Below are positions 41,412 through 53,995 of a DNA stretch of 64,000 nt, in pieces; position 1 is the first letter of the stretch; each line of letters opens with the position of its first letter. The position numbers were made by a program, and so were the translations under genes. Below the pieces are notes generated by a model. The model saw only the letters and a list, made by a program, of their open reading frames with translations, ran no database searches and had not been told where the DNA came from. This stretch comes from Pristiophorus japonicus (taxonomy: Eukaryota), in contig NW_027254485.1 of the NCBI RefSeq assembly GCF_044704955.1, positions 248,001 to 312,000 on the forward strand. Reading direction: 5' to 3'.

Positions 41412-41717
41412 CTCAAGCTCCAAGCCTCATCTCGCTTGTTCCATCGCCGGAGGTTGTCTACAATCAAACCACCGCTGTCCTGGGCTGTGCCATATCTGGA
41501 TTCTATCCCGACAAACTAAAGGTTTCCTGGAAGAAAGGCGGGGTGGACCAGAAGGGTATCGTTCTCCCTTCCAGACCGGGAGCCGCCGATACCTTTGAAA
41601 CGGTGGCTTACCTGACGGTGCCTGTGGAGGAATGGACCAAGGGGGAGGTCTACACCTGTGAAGTGGCCCATGGATCTTCGAACCTCCCTAACACAATCAG
41701 CATGAGGTATCAAGCGG
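41412..41717 (+). CDS. IgW: IgW constant exon CH2
   Basis: Acceptor ttacag|CT and donor G|gtaagt; 306 nt, phase 1-1. (T)QAPSLISLVPSPEVVYNQTTAVLGCAISGFYPDKLKVSWKKGGVDQKGIVLPSRPGAADTFETVAYLTVPVEEWTKGEVYTCEVAHGSSNLPNTISMRYQA, with C..GFYP..W..YTC..H motifs. Confidence 0.93.
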
Positions 41718-42089
41718 GTAAGTGGTGTCTGAGGGGGAGGAATATGGTCAGTAATTCAGCCTTGTATTAACTTAATGCGCTAATGTTCGCCTTTAACTCG
41801 TGAATCACTGTCCCGAATATCGCCCCTGGTGAGAGAGGCGAGATGTTTAGTATTTTACGTGTTGATACTGAACCGACACTTAGAGAGAGTAACTTTAACC
41901 CAAGGCGCTGGGCGGGGAAACTGCCGGGGTCGGGCTGGTCACCCGTTTACACTCTCGCCTGATTTTACTCTCCGCTAACTTCAATGGAAAGGATAATGGT
42001 GCAGAGCGTGAAACGGGCGGCCCATCGATACCTTCACCTCCTACCTGTTCCCTTCCTACTGTCTCCCAAATGTTATTTTATAGTCTAGA

Positions 42090-42790
42090 ACCAGAGAATG
42101 GTCACAGCACGAAAGGCCAGTCAGCCCACCGAGCCCGTGCTGACCCCAGCCAGTCCCACTCCCCGCCCTTTCCCCGTAGCCCGCCAATATTCTTCCCTTC
42201 AGATATTTATCCAACTCCCTTTTGAAAGCAGGATTGAGTCTGCCTCCCCCACCCTCTCAGGCCGTGAATTCCAGATCCCAACCACTCGCTGCGTAAACAA
42301 GTATTTTCTTACATCGCCTCTGGTTCTTCTGCCAATCGCCTTAAATCTGTGTCCCTCTGGTTCCTGACCCTTCCCCCAATGGGAACAGTTTCTTTCGACC
42401 TCTGTCCAGATCCCTCATGATTGTGAACACCTGGATCAAATCTCCTCTCAACCTTCTCTGCTCCAAGGAGAACAACCCCAGCTTCTCCAGTCTATCCCCA
42501 TCACTGAAGTCCCTCATCCCTGGAACCATTCTCGGAAATCCCCTCTGCACCCTCTCTAAGGCCTTCACATCCTTCCTAAAGTGCGGGGCCCAGAATTGGA
42601 CACAATACTCCAGCTGGGGCCGAACCCGTGTTTTATACAGGTCCATCATCATTCCCACGGGCAGTACTCTGTGCCTCGGTTTATGAAGCCCAGGATCCTG
42701 GAAGCCTTTATAACTGCTTTCCCAACCTGAGAACACCTCTGTCAAATCTCCTCTCAACCTTCTGCGATTTCTGCACATACACCCACAGGT
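42090..42790 (-). mobile_element. CR1 3' fragment between CH2 and the short tail exon
   Basis: VRPQLEYCVQFWAPHFRKDVKALERVQR...RRLRGDLIQVF. Confidence 0.9.
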
Positions 42791-43141
42791 AGGAAAGAAA
42801 TCTGCCCAGTTTTGCATTTGAATGAATTGCCACGAGCTGCTGCACCCTCTCCTGAGGGAACGTGTTCCATCGATTGACCACTCACTGAAATATTGATCCA
42901 CCACATCAGATTTGAAGTGACCCGTCCCCGGCTCCCCTTTAAGCGCAGCTCGTGTCTCTGGTTCGCCTGTTCAGGACCAGGTGAGACAGCGTGTTATGGT
43001 CCACACGATCTGCTCCCTTTTAGCATCATATAAACTCCGGATGGAGCAGAGCTCCGGGGCCGTGTGGAGCTCCCACTTTCCCAGCACGGGACGGGAGGTG
43101 AAAATGTATAACACTTAAATCTGCAACTCTTCCGGTTCCAG

Positions 43142-43272
43142 GTGGAAACGCTGCGTGCTCTTGTTCTGGGTGTGTGCCGAAGTTTCTCTACCAGACTAAC
43201 CTTAAAGTGACCCTTCCCGATGGTGACGAGCGTCAATATAAATGTCACCAAAACAAATGCGAAATAAAGTGA
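43142..43272 (+). CDS. IgW: Cys-rich secretory tail exon of the short (two C-domain) IgW form
   Basis: Acceptor cttccggttccag|GT, phase 1 in frame with CH2: (G)GNAACSCSGCVPKFLYQTNLKVTLPDGDERQYKCHQNKCEIK*. Five Cys and a ..KCEIK end, matching my recollection of elasmobranch short IgW/IgX secretory tails. Translated by hand; absent from the ORF track. Confidence 0.88.
43263..43268 (+). terminator. Poly(A) signal of the short secretory form, inside the last codons
   Basis: AATAAA within GAA ATA AAG TGA; T/GT-rich sequence follows. Confidence 0.6.
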
Positions 43273-43335
43273 TTGGTTGTGAATGGAATTGGCCGCTGGA
43301 TTTTATTACAAAGTGTCTGATGGCTTATAGACATG

Positions 43336-45028
43336 GCCCACAGTGTGTGTGGGGATAGAGTGTACACAGAGGGAGGGTCAGCCCACGGTGTGTGTGGGGA
43401 TAGAGTGTGCACAGAGGGAGGGTACAGCCCACAGTGTGTGTGGGGATAGAGTGTACACAGAGGGAGGGTCAGCCCACAGTGTGTGTGGAGATAGAGTGTA
43501 CACAGAGGGAGGGGGTACAGCCCACAGTGTGTGTGGGGATAGAGTGTACACAGAGGGAGGGGGTACAGCCCACAGTGTGTGTGGAGATAGAGTGTACACA
43601 GAGGGAGGGTGTACAGCCCACAGTGTGTGTGGGGATAGAGTGTACACAGAGGGAGGGTACAGCCCACAGTGTGTGTGGGGATAGAGTGCACACAGAGGGA
43701 GGGTCAGCCCACGGTGTGTGTGGGGATAGAGTGTACACAGAGGGAGGGTCAGGCCACGGTGTGTGTGGATAGAGTGTACACAGAGGGAGGGTCAGGTCAC
43801 GGTGTGTGTGGGGATAGAGTGTACACAGAGGGAGGGTCAGGCCACGGTGTGTGTGGATAGAGTGTACACAGAGGGAGGGTCAGGTCACGGTGTGTGTGGG
43901 ATAGAGTGTACACAGAGGGAGGGTCAGGCCACGGTGTGTGTGGATAGAGCGTACACAGAGGGAGGGTCAGCGTATGGTGTGTGTGGGGATAGAGTGTACA
44001 CAGGGGGAGGGTCAGCCCACAGTGTGTGGGGATAGAGTGTACACAGAGGGAGGGGTACAGCCCATGGTGTGTGTGGGGATAGAGTGTACACAGAGGGAGG
44101 GTACAGCCCACGGTATATGTTGGGAATAGAGTGTACACAGAGGGAGGGTACAGCCCACGGTGTGTGGGGATAGAGTGTACACAGAGGGAGGGTACAGCCC
44201 ACGGTGTGTGGGATAGAGTGTTGCACAGAGGAAGGGTCAGGCCACGGTGTGTGGGGATAGACTGTACACAGAGGAAGGGTCAGGCCACGGTGTGTGGGGA
44301 TAGAGTGCACACAGAGGGAGGGTCAGCCCACGGTGTATATTGGGATACAGTGTACACAGAGGGAGGGTACAGCCCATGGTGTGTGTGGGGATAGAATGTA
44401 CACAGAGGGAGGGGGGTACAGCCCACGGTGTATATGGGGATAGAGTGTACACAGAGGGAGGGGGTACAGCCCACGGTGTGTGTGGGGATAGAGTGTACAC
44501 AGAGGGAGGGGGTACAGCCCACAGTGTATACGGGGATAGAGGGTACACAGAGGGAGGGTCAACCCATGGTGTGTGTGGATACAGTGTACACAGAGGGAGG
44601 GGGTACAACCCACGGTGTGTGTGGGGATAGAGTGTACACAGAGGGATGGTACAGCCCACGGTGTGTGTGGGATAGAGTGTACACAGAGGGAGGGTCAGCC
44701 CACGGTGTATATGGGGATACAGTGTACACAGAGGGAGGGTACAGCCCACGGTGTGTGTGGGATAGAGTGTACACAGAGGGAGGGTCAGCCCACGGTGTAT
44801 ATTGGGATACAGTGTACACAGAGGGAGGGTACAGCCCATGGTGTGTGTGTGGATAGAGTGTACACAGAGGGAGGGTACAGCCCATGGTGTATATGGGGAT
44901 AGAGTGTACACAGAGGGAGGGGGTACAGCCCATGGTGTGTGTGGGGATAGAGTGTACACAGAGGGAGGGGGTACAGCCCACGGTGTATATGGGGATAGAG
45001 TGTACACAGAGGGAGGGGGTACAGCCCA
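43336..45028. repeat. ~45-47-bp minisatellite, same family and orientation as 14085-14686
   Basis: Same unit gggatagagtgtacacagagggaggg(g)tacagcccac(a/g)gtgtgtg. Confidence 0.95.
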
Positions 45029-45199
45029 AGCTCGGTTCCCCAGCCCAGCCCACTCCTGGTCTACATGGTCATTCTTTGCTGGGTCACTTCGGGTCGGTCC
45101 CGGCCCCACAGCTTGACCGTTGCCTCTTTGGTCTGGGCCGAGTGGGCAACAATTGGAGGACCATCTCTGGCCAGGGATACAGTGAGGTGAGGGCGGGAT

Positions 45200-46070
45200 G
45201 GGGGGGGGGGGAAAGAGTAATGTCCCATTGATCCAGTGACGGGGGGGGGGAAATGTTCCACTGATCCAGTGACGGGGGGGGGGGGGGGGGGGATGTTCCA
45301 TTGATCCAGTGACGGGGGGGGGGGGAATGTCCCATTGATCCAGTGACGGGGGGGGGAGGGGATGTTCCATTGATCCAGTGACGGGGGGGGGGGGGAAATG
45401 TTCCATTGATCCAGTGACGGGGGGGGGGGATGTTCCATTGATCCAGTGACGGGGGAGGGGGGAATGTCCCATTGATCCAGTGACGGGGGGGGGGATGTTC
45501 CATTGATCCAGTGACGGGGTGGGGCGGGGGGGAAATGTTCCATTGATCCAGTGACGGGGACGGGGACGGGGGGATGTTCCATTGATCCAGTGACGTGGGG
45601 GGGTGGGGGGGGCGGAGGGGAATGTCCAATTGATCCATTGAAAGGGGGGTGGGAATGTCCCATTGATCCAGTGACGGGGGGGGGGGGAATGTTCCATTGA
45701 TCCAGTGATGGGGGGGGGGGATGTTCCATTGATCCAGTGACGTGGGGGGGGGAGGGGAATGTCCAATTGATCCAGTGATGGGGGGGGGGGAATGTCCCAT
45801 TGATCCAGTGATGGGGTGGAGGGGGAATGTTCCATTGATCCAGTGACGTGGGGGGGGGAGGGGAATGTCCAATTGATCCAGTGATGGGGGGGGGGGGGAT
45901 GTCCCATTGATCCAGTGACGGGGGGGGGGGGGGAATGTTCCATTGATCCAGTGACGGGGGGGGGGGGGATGTTCCATTGATCCAGTGAAAGGGGTGGGGG
46001 GAATGTCCCAATGATCCAGTGAAAGGGAGGGACGTAATGTTCCATTGATCCAGTGAAAGGCGGGGGGGGC
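45200..46070. repeat. G-run minisatellite (atgttccattgatccagtgac + poly-G)
   Basis: Direct reading. Confidence 0.92.
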
Positions 46071-46191
46071 GTCTTTAATGATGTTGTTCCTGAGGCACAT
46101 TGCTGAGAAAGGACACAGCAGCCCGACTGGTGCCCTGCACAACCCGATAGGTTTTGGATGAAAACTCTGGGTAGCAGAAATAGAAAGGGTT

Positions 46192-46752
46192 CCACACCTG
46201 GAATATTGTGTTCAGTTTTGGTCTCCTAATCTGAGGAAGGACGTTCTTGCTATTGAGGGAGTGCAGCGAAAGTTCACCAGACTGATTCCAGGGATGGCTG
46301 GACTGTCATATGAGGAGAGACTGGATCAACTGGGCCTGTATTCACTGGAGTTTAGAAGAATGAGAGGGGATCTCATAGAGACATATAAGATTCTGACGGG
46401 ACTGGACAAGTTAGATGCAGGAAGAATGTTCCCGATGTTGGGGAAGTCCAGAACCAGGGGTCACAGTCTGAGGATAAGGGGTAGGCCATTTAGGACCGAG
46501 ATGAGGAGAAACTGCTTCACTCAGAGAGTTGTTAACCTGTGGAATTCCCTGCCACAGAGAGTTGTTGATGCCAGTTCATTGGACATATTCAAGAGGGAGT
46601 TAGATGTGGCCCTTACGGCTAAAGGGATCAAGGGGTATGGAGCGAAAGCAGGAAAGGGGTACTGAGGGAATGATCAGCCATGATCTTATTGAATGGTGGT
46701 GCAGGCTCGAAGGGCCAAATGGCATACTCCTGCACCTATTTTCTATGTTTCT
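46192..46752 (+). mobile_element. CR1 3' fragment (tttctatg-tail subfamily)
   Basis: ORF 46261-46665 is the RT C-terminal region. Confidence 0.92.
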
Positions 46753-47071
46753 CGGTATCATTCACCCAGCTCCCGGATACTGACATCAGTCAACGACAGG
46801 AGCTCAATGATCACAAGGAATTCAAGTTTGGGAAGTGGTTTTATAAATTCCCCTCCCCTCCTCCCCCTGAGTAAACGGAATGAAGCGTCTCTCGCCCAAT
46901 AATATCATCATTTTGGAATAACAAGGGGAATATTGCGGCCCTGTGTGGGCTGATGATGGGTGAGCCTCTGTCACTGGGAACTGTTCAATGTCCAGACTTG
47001 ATCACTGATGCAAGACAGGGGCTGAGCACCTTCCAAAAACCGCAACATTTAACATCAGCACCGTGCAGACT

Positions 47072-48900
47072 CAACCTGGGTTTGATAATCACTGACTATA
47101 TACGGTGTATATTAAACCTGGGTTTGATAATCACTGACTATACACGGTGTATATTAAACCTGGGTTTGATAATCACTGACTATACACGGTGTATATTAAA
47201 CCTGGGTTTGATAATCACTGACTATATACGGTGTATATTAAACCTGGGTTTGAGAATCACTGACTATATACAACTTATATTAAACCTGGGTTTGATAATC
47301 ACTGACGATATACAGTGTATATTAAACCTGGGTTTGATAATCACTGACTATATACAGTGTATATTAAACCTGGGTTTGATAATCACTGACTATATACTGT
47401 GTATATTAAACCTGGGTTTGATAATCACTGACTATACATGGTGTATATTAAACCTGGGTTTGATAATCACTGACTATACACGGTGTATATTAAACCTGGG
47501 TTTGAGTATCACTGACTATATACGTTGTATATTAAACCTGGGTTTGATAATCACTGACTATACATGGTGTATATTAAACCTGGGTTTGATAATCGCTGAC
47601 TATATACGGTGTATATTAAACCTGGGTTTGAGAATCACTGACTATACACGGTGTATATTACACCTGGGTTTGAGAATCACTGACTATACACGGTGTATAT
47701 TACACCTGGGTTTGAGAATCACTGACTATACATGGTGTATATTAAACCTGGGTTTGATAATCACTGACTATATACGGTGTATATTACACCTGGGTTTGAT
47801 AATCACTGACTATACATGGTGTATATTAAACCTGGGTTTGATAATCACTGACTATATACGGTGTATATTACACCTGGATTTGATAATCACTGACTATATA
47901 CGGTGTATATTAAACCTGGGTTTGATAATCACTGACTATATACAGTGTATATTAAACCTGGGTTTGAGAATCACTGACTATATACGGTGTATATTACACC
48001 TGGGTTTGAGAATCACTGATTGCACGGTGTATATTAAACCTGGGTTTTATAATCACTGACTATACACGGTGTATATTAAACCTGGGTTTGACAATCACTG
48101 ACTATACATGGTGTATATTAAACCTGGGTTTGATAATCACTGACTATATACGGTGTATATTACACCTGGGTTTGATAATCACTGACTATACACGGTGTAT
48201 ATTAAACCTGGGTTTGATAATCACTGACTATATACAGTGTATATTAAACCTGGGTTTGATAATCACTGACTATACACGGTGTATATTAAACCTGGGTTTG
48301 AGAATCACTGACTATATACGGTGTATATTACACCTGGGTTTGAGAATCACTGACTATACACGGTGTATATTAAACCTGGGTTTGAGAATCACTGATTGCA
48401 CGGTGTATATTAAACCTGGGTTTTATAATCACTGACTATACACGGTGTATATTAAACCTGGGTTTGACAATCACTGACTATATATGGTGTATATTAAACC
48501 TGGGTTTGAGAATCACTGATTACACGGTGTATATTAAACCTGGGTTTGATAATCACTGACTATACACGGTGTATATTAAGCCTGGGTTTGAGAATCACTG
48601 ACTATACATGGTGTACACTACACCTGGGTTTGAGAATCACTGACTATACACGGTGTACACTACACCTGGGTTTGAGAATCACTGATTGCACACGGTGTAC
48701 ACTACACCTGGGTTTGAGAATCACTGATTGCACGGTGTACACTACACCTGGGTTTGAGAATCACTGACTATACACAGTGTACACTACACCTGGGTTTGAG
48801 AATCACTGATTGCACACGGTGTATACTACACCTGGGTTTGAGAATCACTGATTGCACACGGTGTATACTACACCTGGGTTTGAGAATCACTGATTGCACA
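47072..48900. repeat. 42-bp minisatellite (aaacctgggtttgataatcactgactatatacggtgtatatt), about 43 copies
   Basis: Direct reading; 14-aa periodicity in ORF 46953-48059. Confidence 0.96.
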
Positions 48901-49419
48901 CTGTGACAAGTCTCAATGTGACCAATCCCAATCCGACAGCATTTCTGTTCAAAATGCCGGGGAGAGGAACAGAGACGATCTTTAAATGAATCAAAGACAC
49001 GGTCCTGTCAGACAGAGACTGTGCTCACACAGCAGCTCAATCTGCAGCCGGAGGAGGTGATTCCCGGTACTCATTAAAGGTTTCAATCCTGACCCAGAGA
49101 TGGCCATCCTGCCTCCTCCCTCTCCCAGTGTTGAGATTACATATACACAGGGTAAACATTGCCTGAGTTGTGACACACAGTGAATGTGTGTGTGTGAATA
49201 GCGCTCAGAACACGCAGTGAGCTGCGGGGTGACTGAAGTGACCATGGTCCTGTGAGAGACCAGTGTAAAGGGGGAATGTGTGAAGGATGTCACTGGCCCC
49301 GAGGGTGTGTGAGCTGCAGGTTTAGGCATTCACAGCGTGTGCCCAAACCCACAGCAATCCTCGCCACAGGTCGCACACATCCGGATAAAGGGCCTCCGCG
49401 GGCAGATAGTTGGGCTGCC

Positions 49420-49835
49420 TGCCCTGCCCCTGACCCTGCCCCCTGACCCTGACCCTGCCCCCTGACCCTGACCCTGACCCTGCCCCTGCCCCTGCCCCCT
49501 GACCCTGCCCCTGACCCTGCCCCTGCCCCTCTGCCCCTGACCCTGACCCCTGACCCTGACCCTGCCCCCTGACCCTGACCCTGCCCCCTGACCCTGACCC
49601 TGACCCTGACCCTGCCCCTGCCCCCTGACCCTGCCCCTGACCCTGCCCCTGCCCCTGCCCCTCTGCCCCTGACCCTGACCCTGACCCTGACCCTGCCCCT
49701 GACCCTGACCCTGCCCCAGGCCCTGACCTGGCCCCCAGCCCCTGACCCTGACCCTGCCCCAGGCCCTGGCCCTGTGCCCCGGCTCCTGACCCTGCCCCGG
49801 CCCCTGGCCCCCTGCCCCTAGCCCCCTGCCCCAGG
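49420..49835. repeat. Telomere-variant-like hexamer repeat (CCCTGA/CCCTGC)n = (TCAGGG/GCAGGG)n on minus
   Basis: Direct reading. Confidence 0.85.
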
Positions 49836-50144
49836 CCCAACAATTTTTCCAAGTGATAGAAGCAGGTGTAAGGCCTGCTTTAATCAGCATAAGACTTTTA
49901 AAGGACAGAAAAATGCATTTTCAATAATTTAAACATTTAAAATCCTATTAAATAAGGTAAGTTTATTTGTGGACCCTTTAAAATATGTAAATTTATTTTT
50001 CAAAAAATTAAATTTTTGTTTTTAATAATTACATTTCCTTTTGATGAATTTTAAATATGTGATGGTTTGGAACATGTATATTATAACTGTGTTGTGGAGG
50101 TATTCCCGTTCAAATTGACGCAGACAAAAATTGTCACCGAGCCA

Positions 50145-50535
50145 AAGGAAGGAAAGACTTGCATTTATATAGCGCCTGTCACCAGCACCGGACGCCTCAA
50201 AGCGCTTTCCAGCCAATGAAGCACTGTCTGTAGTCAGTGTTGTAATGTGGGAATATTGTGAAGCAGGAGAAAGAAGGAGAGTGACCAAAAGCTGGGTCAC
50301 GGGGCAGGCTGTGTCCCAGGGAGAGAGAGGGTGACAAGCCATGAGGTTTAGGAGGGAGTTCCTGAGGTTCGGGCCCAGACACGGGGCTGAAGCCACGGGT
50401 GGCTGACAGTTTTGGGGCGATGGGAGTGCAGGATGTACAAGAGGCCAGAGTTGAGGAATGCAGGGTTCCCGGAGGGGCTGTAGGGCTGGAGAAGGATAGA
50501 GAGATGAGGGAGAGGGGAGACCATGGAGTGATTGG
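50145..50535 (-). mobile_element. SINE-tail / L2 3' remnants
   Basis: aaagacttgcatttatatagcgcc tail, followed by sequence similar to the L2 3' region at 56500-56720. Confidence 0.6.
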
Positions 50536-50884
50536 ACACTGGGCTCGCTGTGAATGGTGAGGAGGGGTCCTCATTGCCTCAGTGTGTGCTCGATGTCACA
50601 GATCGATGCACAGCCCTACATGGGGGCTCTGAGCAAACCAGCATTTCTCCCATTTCACTCAGCAGTCTGCATCTCTCGCTGCATTTCACAAAGCAGGGAT
50701 TGCATTTTTATTAACATGTCGCTCAGCCCCATTGCAGTCCCTGCTGGGGATCTGTTGTTCAGGGTTACAGCGAGTGGATCCAAAACGGCTCGGGTGGATC
50801 CCTGACATTCTGATTATGTTTTCTCCGTCAATTTACAAGCCAAGAAATGCAAGATGGGGGCGTCGCTCCCCTGTGCCCCTGATT

Positions 50885-53800
50885 GGGGGAGGGGTAACCT
50901 CCTATGGGGGAGGGGTAACCTCCTGGTGGGGGGGGGGGTGTAATCTGGTAACCTCCTGGCGGGGGGGGGGGTGTAATCTGGTAACCTCTTGGCGGGGGAG
51001 GGTGTAATCTGGTAACCTCCTGGCGGGGGGGGGTGTAATCTGGTAACCTCTTGGCGGGGGGGGTGTAATCTGGTAACCTCCTGGCGGGGGGGGGTGTAAT
51101 CTGGTAACCTCCTGGCGGGGGGGGGTGTAATCTGGTAATAAGAACATAAGAACATAAGAATTAGGAACAGGAGTAGGCCATCTAGCCCCTCGAGCCTGCT
51201 CCACCATTCAACAAGATCATGGCTGATCTGGCCGTGGACTCAGCTCCACTTACCCGCCCGCTCCCAGTAACCCTTAATTCCCTTATTGGTTAAAAATCTA
51301 TCTATCTGTGCCTTAAATACATTCAATGAGCTAGCCTCAACTGCTTCCTTGGGCAGAGAATTCCACAGATTCACAACCCTCTGGGAGAAGAAATTCCTTC
51401 TCAACTCAGTTTTAAATTGGCTCCCCCGTATTTTGAGGCTGTGCCCCCTAGTTCTAGTCTCCCCGACCAGTGGAAACAACCTCTCTGCCTCTATCTTGTC
51501 TATCCCTTTCATTATTTTAAATGTTTCTGTAAGATCACCCCTCATCCTTCTGAACTCCAACGAGTAAAGACCCAGCCTACTCAATCTATCATCATAAGGT
51601 AACCCCCTCATCTCCGGAATCAGCCGAGTGAATCGTCTCTGTACCCCCTCCAAAGCTAGTATATCCTTCCTTAAGTAAGGTGAGCAAAACTGCACGCAGT
51701 ACTCCAGGTGCGGCCTCACCAATACCCTGTACAGTTGCAGCAGGACCTCCCTGCTTTTGTACTCCATCCCTCTCGCAATGAAGGCCAACATTCCATTTGC
51801 CTTCCTGATTACCTGCTGCACCTGCAAACTAACTTTTTGGGATTCATGCACAAGGACCCCCAGGTCCCTCTGCACCGCAGCATGTTGTAATTTCTCCCCA
51901 GTCAAATAATATTCCCTTTTACTGTTTTTTCCCCAAGGTGGATGACCTCACACTTTCCGACATTGTATTCCATCTGCCAAACCTTAGCCCATTCGCTTAA
52001 CCTATCTAAATCTCTTTGCAGCCTCTCTGTGTCCTCTACACAACCCGCTTTCCCAATAATCCCCTGGGGGCGGGGGGTAACCTCCTGGGTCGGGGGGGGG
52101 GTAACCTCCTGGGCCGGGGGGGGAACCTCCTGGGTCGGGGGGGGGGTAACCTCCTGGGCCGGGGGGGGAACCTCCTGGGTCGGGGGGGGGGGAACCTCCT
52201 GGGCCGGGGGGGGACCTCCTGGGTCGGGGGGGGGGACCTCCTGGGGGGGAGGGGGGAGGAACCTCCTGGGTCGGGGGGGGAACCTCCTGGGTCGGGGGGG
52301 GAACCTCCTGGGTCGGGGGGGGGGAACCTCCTGGGTCGGGGGGGGAACCTCCTGGGTCGGGGGGGGAACCTCCTGGGTCGGGGGGGGAACCTCCTGGGTC
52401 GGGGGCGGGAACCTCCTGGGTCGGGGGGGGAACCTCCTGGGGGGGAGGGGGAGAGTAACCTCCTGGGAGGGGGGGGGAACCTCCTGGGTCGGGGGGGGAA
52501 CCTCCTGGGTCGGGGGCGGGAACCTCCTGGGGGGGGAGGGGGAGGAACCTCCTGGGACGGGGGGGGAACCTCCTGGGTCGGGGGGGGAACCTCCTGGGTC
52601 GGGGGCGGGAACCTCCTGGGGGGGGAGGGGGGAGGAACCTCCTGGGGGGGGAGGGGGGAGGAACCTCCTGGGTCGGGGGGGGGAACCTCCTCGGTCGGGG
52701 GGGGAACCTCCTGGGGGGGAGGGGGAGAGTAACCTCCTGGGAGGGGGGGGGTAGCCTCCTGGGCCGGGCGGGGTAACCTCCTGGGTCGGGGGAGGAACCT
52801 CCTGGGGGGGGAGGGGGGAGGAACTCCTGGGTCGGGGGGGGAACCTCCTGGGTCGGGGGGGGAACCTCCTGGGTCGGGGGGGGAACCTCCTGGGGGGGAG
52901 GGGGGAGGAACCTCCTGGGTCGGGGGGGGGAACCTCCTGGGGGGGAGGGGGGAGGAACCTCCTGGGTCGGGGGGGGGAACCTCCTGGGTCGGGGGGGGGA
53001 ACCTCCTGGGGGGGGAGGGGGGAGGAACTCCTGGGTCGGGGGGGGAACCTCCTGGGTCGGGGGGGGAACCTCCTGGGTCGGGGGGGGAACCTCCTGGGGG
53101 GGAGGGGGGAGGAACCTCCTGGGTCGGGGGGGGGAACCTCCTGGGGGGGAGGGGGGAACCTCCTGGGTCGGGGGGGGAACCTCCTGGGTCGGGGGGGGAA
53201 CCTCCTGGGTCGGGGGGGGAACCTCCTGGGTCGGGGGGGGAACCTCCTGGGTCGGGGGGGGAACCTCCTGGGTCGGGGGAGGAACCTCCTGGGTCGGGGG
53301 GGGGAACCTCCTGGGTCGGGGGGGGAACCTCCTGGGTCGGGGGGGGAACCTCCTGGGTCGGGGGGGGGAACCTCCTGGGTCGGGGGGGAACCTCCTGGGT
53401 CGGGGGGGGAACCTCCTGGGTCGGGGGGGCGAACCTCCTGGGTCGGGGGGGAACCTCCTGGGTCGGGGGGGGAACCTCCTGGGGGGTGGTGAGGGTAACC
53501 TCCTGGGTCGGGGGGGGAACCTCCTGGGTCGGGGGGGAACCTCCTGGGTCGGGGGGGTAGCCTCCTGGGCCGGGCGGGGTAACCTCCTGGGAGGGAGGGG
53601 GGAGGAACCTCCTGGGTCGGGGGGAGGAACCTCCTGGGTCGGGGGAGGAACCTCCTGGGTCGGGGGGGGAACCTCCTGGGTCGGGGGGGGGAACCTCCTG
53701 GGGGGACGGGGGAGGAACCTCCTGGGGGGGAGGGGGGAGGAACCTCCTGGGTCGGGGGGGGAACCTCCTGGGTCGGGGGAGGAACCTCCTGGGTCGGGGG

Positions 53801-53995
53801 GGGAACCTCCTGGGTCGGGGGGGGGAACCTCCTGGGGGGACGGGGGAGGAACCTCCTGGGGGGGAGGGGGGAGGAACCTCCTGGGTCGGGGGGGGAACCT
53901 CCTGGGGGGTGGTGAGGGTAACCTCCTGGGTCGGGGGGGGAACCTCCTGGGTCGGGGGGGGAACCTCCTGGGTCGGGGGGGGAACCTCCTGGGGA
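50885..53995. repeat. G-rich ~20-30-bp minisatellite (gggggg(t)aacctcctgg(gtc)) at 50885-51138 and 52062-53995, split by a CR1
   Basis: Direct reading. Confidence 0.93.
51138..52061 (-). mobile_element. CR1 3' fragment (cataagaa subfamily)
   Basis: ORF 51240-51905; nearly identical to 8782-9700 and 62298-63215. Confidence 0.95.

Noticed and set aside
41718-41770. Read-through tail after CH2 (GKWCLRGRNMVSNSALY*)
   Set aside because: A strong gtaagt donor and a convincing tail exon at 43142 explain the short form; I saw no nearby AATAAA.
43336-45028. Multiple CACAGTG/CACGGTG heptamers as functional RSS
   Set aside because: No nonamer-like sequence at 12 or 23 bp and no adjacent V/D/J coding segment.
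45044-45186. Possible TM exon between arrays (hydrophobic LLVYMVILCWV; AG and GT sites present)
   Set aside because: The hydrophobic frame is not the phase-1 frame from the acceptor and it lacks the conserved antigen-receptor TM motif.
37531-48900. CRISPR-like appearance of the 39-, 45- and 42-bp repeats
   Set aside because: Head-to-tail units without unique spacers, no cas genes, vertebrate context.
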